A stretch of DNA of 64,000 bases from Octopus sinensis (Eukaryota), in NCBI RefSeq assembly GCF_006345805.1, contig NC_043008.1, forward strand, positions 3,410,001 through 3,474,000, written 5' to 3'. The position numbers and the translations under genes were made by a program. Under the pieces are notes generated by a model that saw nothing but the letters and a program-made list of their open reading frames with translations, made no database searches and was not told the DNA's origin. Numbering within the stretch: position 1 is the stretch's first letter; the number at the start of each line of letters is the position of its first letter. Below, piece by piece: positions 54,336-64,000 of this stretch.

Positions 54336-55452
54336 TTGAAATCGATCTCCAGAAATCAATTCCAATTTTATCAGCTCTTTTATATTGTTCCTGAATATAC
54401 GGACATAGCAATGGTTTGTAACGAAGTGATTGTGATTGTCTTGGGTGGCTTCTGCAGGATTACTAGAAACACCAGCCAAATCCTTTACAAATCATACATT
54501 GCCATCTATACAAGCACAGACCTTGTTAGATATCGTCGTCTAAGATGAGTTATTTCTGGAATGAGTGGATTGTCATGGCTACAAGGCTTCTCATTATAGA
54601 TTTGCTCATTTAGGAGTTTATTTGAGGTCAATTGTAAAACCGATAACAAAAGCCGGGAACGAAACCTGTTGGTTTCATATTTACCAGCATAACAGTAAAC
54701 AGAACATGTCTCGACAAAATATGAAAACTGGTTTGTACCTATTTTATCATGTTCAAGATATATGTCACTCGTGTTCAGACATTTAATAAAGCCTTTTTTT
54801 ATATATTTAAAAATAGGTTGGAAACCACATCCTCAAAAGCCGTGAGAAAATGGGAACAAGTTTATCAAAAGTAACGACATGGCTTGACATAATTTTTTCT
54901 GTATCAAAAGACATCAAATGTAATATCCTGTTCTTTTAATCTATTATTTTCATATTGCTTTATGCCACAAACTGTTGCCATGCTGGAGTACTGGTTTGTA
55001 AGTATGCCACTTGCCTATTTAGGCCGAAATACCAATTTTAATTTATTAACTTGTAATACTCTGCTTATCGAATAACCAAACGCATGACACGACATGAAGC
55101 ACCGTTTTACACTAGAATACTCATGCATCTCGAACAAATATATATATATATATATATACTCTGTATATTTACCTTCCCTAAGATGTTATTAATTGATTTG
55201 AGAACTTTATATTATTGGAAAACCTATATAAAATTAGCTGAAGATTACTCGGCATCTTAAATCTGCTGTAATATTTACAGCTTTTAATAAAATGTTGTAG
55301 TATGAAACAATTGTACTAAATTACCGGATTCGTTCTTGTTGCTTATTTTTGATTATAATCACCCCGCATATTTTTATGGGTAATACCATAAAAACTTCTG
55401 GTGCATCTAAATTAAGTGCCATATTCATTTGAATCTAAATTGTTGCTGAACT

Positions 55453-55573
<121 letters not shown>

Positions 55574-55637
55574 TTATTAGTGAATTGAAGAAATGGAGTT
55601 GAACGAAGATTGAACAGATTGAACAGATATTTCACAA

Positions 55638-55674
<37 letters not shown>

Positions 55675-55849
55675 ATATATACATTTATATATATAAATAT
55701 ATATATATGTATACATATATATATACATATTTAAAGGAGGCTATAGTACATTTTAGTCAAGCCTAAACTTAAACAACATGCAAGGAGATAATTTGATGAA
55801 CGAATGAAAGGCAAGTCGGACGATTGCATGAATTCGCTCACCAGCATTT

Positions 55850-56180
55850 TAAGCTGTTACCCACAAATACTGCCCTTCTCTTCGGCAACTATCTTTAGTA
55901 TAATAAGAACTTCTCCTCTGCAAACTGGATACATAACACCCCAGTCTTGTCTCTTGTGTCGTATTACACCTCCACTCTGACATTCCTCATTCACTCGTCC
56001 CGCCTTCTTCTGTCCCTTCACCCGTCACCCGTACCCTACACGCATCACAGATCTCATTCAAATCAGCACATACAGTTCTTCATTCACCGAACGTCGTCCT
56101 TCTAGAATTAGCTTCATACAGCACTTTTCTTCTACCGAATATTCGTTGTGTTCAAGGGTAGCCACATCAATCACAAAGGT
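55850..56180 (+). mobile_element. Decayed CR1/Jockey-group LINE 3' coding end
   Basis: RSHSNQHIQFFIHRTSSF*N*LHTALF resembles R.RT..Y..SF.PRTS.LWN.LP..VF. Confidence 0.5.
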
Positions 56181-57579
56181 CATGTATTTTATATGAAAGC
56201 AATGGGCAGAGCTCCTTACCCCATACTCTATGAAGCAAAGTTAAAAGCCGTATTCATTTATCTCACCGTATTTTGACCCGTTTTTGGTTTCAAAAGGATA
56301 AAGATTTGTGTGTAGCCGGATTGAGATGATCGAACAACATCAAACGCTTGTAGCAGAGACGCAGTGGGAGGAATGTGGGGCAGGGTATTCGTTGATGAAA
56401 TCAATACTCCTCCTTGATTGATACTTTAATTAATTCACCATGGAAGAGGGGAAGTTAAAGCTGACGGAGGATGGATTTGAACGGAGGATGTACATAATCG
56501 GAAGAAACACTACTCGGCCGCCTTTTTTCAATCAACTTTTGTCAATATTGACACGAATTGTGACTAACAACAACAGAAAGAACAGCATCGTAGTCTCTTA
56601 GTTTTGTAACAGAATAAGCCAGGATGGTTTTCTTCTTCCACTGAAAACTGAAATAAGTTGAAGCACTGCGAAATCGAAATCGAAATCTAACTAAACAGCA
56701 ATATGGAGAGTGGGTGTGACGCCTATGCGACTGGCTCTATGCGCATGTGTATGTGCGTGAGCGAGGGAGTGTGTGAGTGTGTAAGTGTACGTGCGTGCGT
56801 GCGTGTGCGATATTTCACATATGAATTTTCACTTGTCGAAATCAAGGCGGTTAAAACAAGTATGAACGATTCGCATAACGATAGATCCTATAGCTGATAG
56901 CGGTTTCCGATGCTTAAAACAACGAAAAGTCCACAAATTATCTTCGATCGGAAATCAGCAAGAATTTCAGATACAATTGATATTTAAAGTTATGTAGGTA
57001 ACATTCCACATACTTCGATTTTTTTCTTTTTTGCCTCTTTTTTCTTTTTTCCTTTTTTTCTTTCTTCATCTAATTACAACTTACTTCGGTGATTTTTGCA
57101 AATCTTTGCACCGAACGAATCAATGTTATAAGAATTGGCGTACGTAGATGTCGAGTTTCTTATGTGTTCAATTTTAATATATTCAAAATTCTTTAACGAA
57201 TATCTTCATGCTGTTCAGAAGTGGTAAATGGCTAAGAGAAGATAGATTGAATTGCAACGAAAAGATGATAGAACGATTCCCTTGAGGAAGAGACTTTGCG
57301 TGTGGAAGGAAGATAAAAATTACTTCTTTACGCGTTAGACGATGATGACATCAGCGTCATTACTTATTTTATCGATCGCTGCGCATATGTATATATGTGT
57401 ATATATATATATGTGTGTGTGTGTGTGTATATATATATAATATATATATATATATATAATATATATATATATACATATATATGCGTTGATACATACACAT
57501 ACAACCACACACGTTCACACAAACCAACACACGGGCACACAGGAAGGCACACACACACACACATATATATATTGGTGTT

Positions 57580-57795
57580 AGGAGCGGCGAACTAGCAGAG
57601 TCATTAGCGCGCCGGGAAAAATCGTTAACGCCATTTTATCTGTCTTTACGTTCTCAGTTCAAATTTCGCCGAACTCAGTTTTATTTTTCATTCTTCCGTG
57701 GTCGATAAAATAAGTACCATTACGCCATTGGGGTGTATATAATTGTCTTATCCGTCCCCCAGCATTGCTGGCCTTGTGCCAAAATTTGAAATCTA
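57580..57795 (+). mobile_element. Full-length family A SINE
   Basis: GCGGCGAACTAGCAGAGTCATTAGC..CAGTTCAAATTTCGCCG..GGTCGATAAAATAAGTACC..GCTGGCCTTGTGCCAAAATTTGAAA. Confidence 0.85.
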
Positions 57796-57952
57796 TACGA
57801 TAAATTAATGCTAGTCTTTATGCCAAATTATATAAACATGCTAGCCTCCATCACCCTGTGTACCACAAAAAAATCGAAATATATACACACTCACACAAAC
57901 ATAATACATGTACATACATACACACACACACATACACACACACACACATCTA

Positions 57953-58007
<55 letters not shown>

Positions 58008-58147
58008 TTACTTTGGTTTTTTACACTTTGGCCTTTTGCTGAGTTTTTTCTTGAGAACACATTCTTCGTGGAAAATGACGATTTGACGTCTATATCTAGC
58101 ATAAAGGCTGTCCACCTTTAGTGATCAGTCCTCTAAATTTTGTATAC

Positions 58148-58206
<59 letters not shown>

Positions 58207-59886
58207 TAATGTATATATATACATGTGATGTGACTGCGCAGAGTTTCTTTGTATGAAGTTATACTTAGAAGGCGTTGGGCAAGCCGGTGCCAATGCAGAG
58301 GATAGAACGCACTCGGGGTTCTGCGAATTGGAATGAGAAAATGTAATTAAGTTTTTGTGCCGAGAACTTCATAGTCTTTTTATTCAATGACTGCTACATC
58401 ATGACATCCTGACTCCATAGCGAAACGTTTTTAACATCCGATCAGACTTACGCAGAATAAAACATCTGAAGGACGATATTTCATAACGGTTTTCAAACAC
58501 ATACATAAGAAAACATTCATGCAAATATGCTAATATACATTTCTGCACAAACACACACATGCACACACACACACACACACACACATACATGCACACGCAC
58601 ACACACACACATATATTCACAAACACACACGCACACACACACATACAAAGTGTTTTCATGTATGTAAGAGTGACATGAAATCACTGAATATGAAATTCGT
58701 GAGGTTGTACGACATTGCTAGCCATTGCTGTCGATGAACACAAACGTAGGCCTCGTGATGAAGAAAACAACTGTGTGTAATGACACCTGTGCCTGTGCGT
58801 AGGTGTTTATGCCTGCATGTATTTACGTATGAGCATCTACACAAGGAAAGTTATTTTACAAACTGCAGGATATGGAATATACATTTTTTCCTTGAAGAAC
58901 GCTATGTGTAGTCTATGCACGCAACATCTCCACGCTGCTGATATTAGAATGGGAAGCCCGATACAAATTGGTACCAGTGTGGTCAAAAGGGATTCTATGA
59001 AAATCGAAATGACTGTAATAGACAACCAAAGGCATCCGACGCCCAGCCTTCTAATTTCGTTATAAATATATACACTCTTTCATGCATGCATACATACATG
59101 TATACATACACATGAACATACATATGTACATGATACATGAATTGTTTAAAGCTTATTAATTTTCTTACTGTTTTGTGGTTTATAATTTTATATAATATCC
59201 TTAATATATTGCTTTGAATAACCTGTTCAGGTTTTCCTGGCAAACGGACTTCAGCTAACCTCGGTGATCCGGGCAACCGGCAGTATAAATGCTATCCTAG
59301 AATCCCGAAACCGTAGCAGTGGATGGGAAGTGTGGGCTAGGTCGGTTATATAAATGCCTGGAGAGATGGTTTAAGGCTGTGGTAACGAGGTGGATGTTCT
59401 GTGAGTGGTAGAGAGAAAGAGAGAGAGAGTACTACATTAAGAGGCTAAAGGGACAATACTATCACCGATGTAAGTTATCGGTGTATAATATTAAGCAGGA
59501 AGCAATCATTCTACTAGGAATCCTATATAATTGTAATGCGTTATTAATGCAGCACAAATCTGATGATAATATTCTATAATAACTGTAATTTATACCGATT
59601 AAAACCAGATATTTTCCGAATATTTCAAACGTGGCGTAATTACCTTCTGGTTGATTCGGATATTCTTTAAATGCAAAGAAATAAAAATAAGATCATGAGT
59701 TAATCCGAGTTAATTCTGCGACAATGCAGTAATTGATATCCAACTAATTAATAAATAACCAGGTGAGACACGAGCAAGTAAAAAGAAATAGGATAAAATT
59801 ACAAAAACGACATTTAATTATAATAAATGTTATTGACGTGTTGAAAAAATGGAAGAAGAATATGTGCGACATTTGATGAGTATGAT

Positions 59887-60104
59887 GCGGTGAGCTGGCA
59901 GAAACGTTAGCACACCGGGCGAAATGCTCAGGTGGTATTTCATCTGCCTTTACGTTCTGAGTTCAAATTCCACTGAGGTCAACTTTGCATTTCATCTTTT
60001 CGGAGTGGATAAAATAAGTACCAGTTGCGTACTGGGGTTGATCTAATCAACTGGCCCTGTTCTCAAAAAATTCGGGTCTTGTGCCTGGAGTAGAAAAGGA
60101 TATT
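59887..60104 (+). mobile_element. Full-length family A SINE
   Basis: GCGGTGAGCTGGCAGAAACGTTAGCAC (A box), GAGTTCAAATTCC (B box), central domain and tail TTGTGCCTGGAGTAGAAAAG. Confidence 0.9.
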
Positions 60105-60181
60105 TGGTGAGTAATCTTACGTTTAGGCGGGAGAAGAGAAATAAAACGACAGATCTGAATGAATTTTTAAGTCTAGTAAGA

Positions 60182-60282
60182 GATCTAGAAATCTACGTAT
60201 TGCCAGGATTGTGGATCTAGAAATCATAGCATTGCCAGGATTGTGGATCTAGAAATCGTAGTATTGCCAGAATCGTCAGATC
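60182..60282. repeat. 32-bp minisatellite, 3 copies
   Basis: GATCTAGAAATCnnnnnATTGCCAGGATTGTG starts at 60182, 60214 and 60246. Confidence 0.9.
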
Positions 60283-60909
60283 GCCTCGCGTTATTCCTTC
60301 CCACACTTTAGTTCCTGAGTTTAGATACTGCCGACTTCAATTTTGACATTCCTCCGACCGGGATGGGTAAAATGATGAACTAGCTATGTACAGCGGTCGA
60401 TGTAATGCCTAAAAACACAAGGCTTTCGGCGAAATTCGAAGTTACTATTTTATAGAGCCTTCGTTTTATATAGAAAATCCTATTTTCCTATCTGGCCCTT
60501 TACTCATTAGCTATTATGTATTCTCATTTATTACAAATAATACTGTTGTTGTCGCTGTTTCTGTTTAGCATGATCAAATTTATTCCATCTTTGTGCATCT
60601 CCTTTTTTATGTTTTTCTCAGATTAAATTATCTTATGTATTTTTCGCTCCTGTTAAAGATAACCACAGACGATTTCAGGAATTTTTACACCAAGCAAATG
60701 ATTACGTAGGGCTTCCCTTTGGATAATCTCGATACATTGGATAATATTAGAATTAATGACACCTTCGCAAATTAATTTTTGGTGAATTATTTTTCTCGTA
60801 AATTGTATCGAGATTATTTTACACTGGTAGTTGCTGTGATTTCGGCGCAAAACGAATCAGTTGCGGCACAGACTTCAAAACGATGAGTTGGGAATCTCTA
60901 ATCATGGTA

Positions 60910-60965
60910 ACGCGTTCTGAAGAAGCTAAGGGTTATTTTGCCAGTGCAGAAACCGGTCCACGTGT
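60910..60965 (+). ncRNA. Type I hammerhead ribozyme (GUC site)
   Basis: ACGCGTT-CTGAAGA-[AGC..GCA]-GAAA-CCGG-TC-CACGTGT: palindromic ACCGGT stem III, 6-bp stem I behind a first-pair mismatch, weak stem II. Confidence 0.7.
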
Positions 60966-61194
60966 ATCCAGAAACTTAAATGTATGTTTGTAGATTGTCT
61001 TAACCTGATTTTGCCTTCGTTTGACTTCTATAGTTTTCATCAGTGTATTTTTGGTGATTCAATAAGAGTTTTGACTGTTATTTCAAGCAGGTAGACATAG
61101 TATGTCTTTTGATTAATTTTAATATATATATATATATATATGTATATGCACATGTACATATTTAGAAATTTACATATATAGCTACACACTCACA

Positions 61195-61229
<35 letters not shown>

Positions 61230-61234
61230 ATATA

Positions 61235-61298
<64 letters not shown>

Positions 61299-61630
61299 CT
61301 TATATGTGTCCAGCTCTGTGGAAAGGCAGAGAAACCAGCCTTGTCTGCTGGTCCTGTCTCTTGAAGGTGGTAGGGGTTGGCTCTCCTGTTCGCAATATAT
61401 TGGATGCAGGTTGCATGTTTAACCAGTTAGGGGAAATGTCCTCTTGAGGTTAAAACATGGCAGCAACGTCCGTTCGAACGGAACGGCCATATTGAAGTAG
61501 CGACAAACATTATTTGCCAGTACAGTTACTGCTTTCATCTCTGACACTGATTTTATAACTGTTTTGCTTGTTTTTTTCTTTATGTATATATATATATATG
61601 TGTGTGTGTGAGTGTATGTATATATATATG

Positions 61631-61669
<39 letters not shown>

Positions 61670-61689
61670 GTCTACACACACACACACAC

Positions 61690-61730
<41 letters not shown>

Positions 61731-62700
61731 TATATATATATATATATATACCTATATATATATGTGTCTCTGTGTGTGTATGTATTTATGTATTCAAGTA
61801 TCTATGTATGCTTATATGCTTCTCACATGTATACACACATCTGTTTGGGAATGCATGTATGTGTATGTATGCGTACATGTATGTATTATTGTGTGTATGT
61901 GTTTGTGCCTGTTTTTATGAGGTTGTTTGTGTATGCATTCTTGGTCGTAGTATTTTTCCATCGTCAACATTTTAACGTTGGCATACAACTCTGAGTTATA
62001 AAACTATATAAAACGAATTCTCGCTATATCAACCGACTCAACTCACTGCCTTATGTATAAAAGCGTTTTTTTTTGTTCTTATATTATATGCTACATTTAT
62101 CCGTGCAAACATGTTGACATGTTTTTCTAATCGATTTTGTGAACTGACAATGTATAATGTCCGATCATTTACAGAATATATTGACAAGTTGTGTGCATGA
62201 CAAAGTGCTCACTAGTGCCCTTGATCAACCATTAAAAGGCTATAATCAAACTCAAATAGCGTTACCCATTCGTCTGATTAAATACCAGATCATGAGAAAT
62301 TTTGTAGCGCGGTGTAGCAAAGCGTAACTAAGATCTGATAGCAACAACAAACAAATCTGCCGACAAGTAAATGCATGACGCAACTGGAAGCGGGTCTCTA
62401 CTTCAGCGTTCAGGCTGCTAGAAACAATAGCCATTGTAACCTACAAATCAAACACATGTCAGGTTTTTGATTTCATAGTATATTAAAGGATGGTTTCCTA
62501 GATGTAGTATTTGATCAGGTAATAGGGATTAAGCAACGACCTTATATAATACAGAGAAAAATATTCTAATAGACATATAATAACAAAATGCCAGTTTTCT
62601 AAAAGCTACTGGGTGTGTTTGAGTGCATGTGTATATTATGTATATTATGCGTGTGTGTGTATGTATATATATATATATTATATATATATATATATATGTA

Positions 62701-62901
62701 TATTGGGTTGGCTAAACGTCACCTGACAGTGAATCAAAACCATTTAATTTCAAGATCTATCTATATTTAACAATTGAATGAATTTAGTAAAAACATCTAA
62801 ATATGAAGCATCATGAAAATTGCTCAAACTGAAGTCCTTCTTGAAATAGTATTTATGGAATTTTGATTTACTGTCGGATGACTTCTAGCCAAACCTGTGT
62901 A
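62701..62901. mobile_element. Tc1/mariner-type MITE (~200 bp)
   Basis: TATTGGGTTGGCTAAACGTCACCTGACAGTGAATCAAAA pairs with TTTTGATTTACTGTCGGATGACTTCTAGCCAAACC. TA-flanked. Confidence 0.8.
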
Positions 62902-63173
62902 TGTATGAGCGCGTATGTGTGTGTGTGTGTGCGTGTGCGTGCTTGTGCGTGTGTATGTTTGTGTCCCCCACCGTCGCTTAACAACCGATGTTGGCGTGTT
63001 TACGTCCTCGTACCTTAGCGGTTCGGCAAAAAGAGCGAGTGAAAGAGTACTACGATTTAAAAATGGGTCCTGGAATCGATTTGTTCGTATAAAAGACTTA
63101 AACAAGTAAACGAATATAAGAGTAAAGGAACATATAATATATATATATATCATGATTTATAATCCTCTTCGTT

Positions 63174-63223
63174 TATGATCCTGTTTCGTCCCCGACAAAA
63201 ATCAACCGGAATCATCAGACATC
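63174..63223 (-). ncRNA. Decayed type I hammerhead
   Basis: CTGATGA-TTCCGG..TCGGGGAC-GAAAC-AGGA-TC: core intact, stems I and III damaged. Confidence 0.5.
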
Positions 63224-63580
63224 AAAGTTTGAATATCTCTGTTTCTCCAAACAGTTCCAGGTGTCTCTATTTATCTTCAATAAATTCTAATAAATGGTAT
63301 TTTTGTCTTTATGTACAAGAATATATTGAAGAATACCGTATGGAACCTCTTGAAACACATTTACTTTCTCGATAGTATTATAATGATACATTTCGTGTAC
63401 GCATCATCGTTGCGGGCACATAAGTATTCTCAGTTGCGTGACCTTTCATTGATCAGGTGTAAGCTGATAAGATGAGATCCTCTGTATTGTCATTTTCATG
63501 GGAGTGGAATCGAATCCATTACTCGGCTGATCTTTTGCCATCAAGAGAAGATTACACGTGATCATTCTATCTTATAGTAA

Positions 63581-63976
63581 TCTTTATATATAAAGCTGAA
63601 GTTGTCTGTGTATGGCAGGTTTGGTAGCCTTCAGCTAAAACTATCTCCTCCGAGACCCTGCGGCGCAAGTTGACCAAAATTGAGAGTATGATAGAAGGAG
63701 GCTTGTTCTTCCTTTAGTAGAAAAAAGAATTAAAATCGGACCATGTTAACAGCAAAAATTATTTACATCAAAAAGGTGCTTTTTTTCTATGAAAATTCCT
63801 ACTTTTTACGATTTTTTGACTGCTGTGTCGCCATTTTTCGGTGTATTTCAACCAGAAAAATGTTCACTTAAATAGAATAACAAGCTACATAATGCAAAAT
63901 TTCTACTTTTCCAAAAGACCAATTGTAAAGGGTCGAAAAGAAAACGAACCCGAACAACGCCGGGCTATACTGCTAG
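63581..63976 (+). mobile_element. Complete non-autonomous Helitron (396 bp)
   Basis: A|TCTTTATATATAAAG 5' end, subterminal hairpin CCCG-AACAACGC-CGGG (63949-63964), 3' CTAG|T, inserted between A and T without a TSD. Confidence 0.9.
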
Positions 63977-64000
63977 TAAGTTATAAATCTCGATTAAATC

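Noticed and set aside
60182-60282. CRISPR-like array
   Set aside because: Head-to-tail units with no unique spacers, eukaryotic context and no cas genes.

Overview
AT-rich eukaryotic DNA packed with microsatellites ((TA)n, (CA)n, (GATA)n, (TACA)n). No intact host gene is recognisable, and nearly all supplied ORFs are translated simple repeats. The tRNA-derived SINE families suggest a cephalopod, probably Octopus (inference from family recognition, not a database search). The window is a transposable-element graveyard: many SINEs; remnants of Chapaev3, mariner and hAT transposases; RTE, R4/Dong, CRE and CR1-like LINE fragments; mariner MITEs; one complete non-autonomous Helitron; and a near-perfect ~980-bp tandem duplication. 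The main hidden layer is RNA structure. About ten hammerhead-ribozyme (HHR) motifs, intact or decayed, occur mostly in short direct- or inverted-repeat units typical of Penelope-like elements (PLEs) or retrozymes, often inside (TA)n tracts. The best candidate for something new is at 16101-16169 (- strand), where all three HHR core strands are present with perfect stems I and III but in a non-circularly permuted (swapped) order. A second is a 335-nt retrozyme-like unit with a minimal type I HHR, nested inside a SINE (22290-22890). All structure calls were made by eye and are untested.
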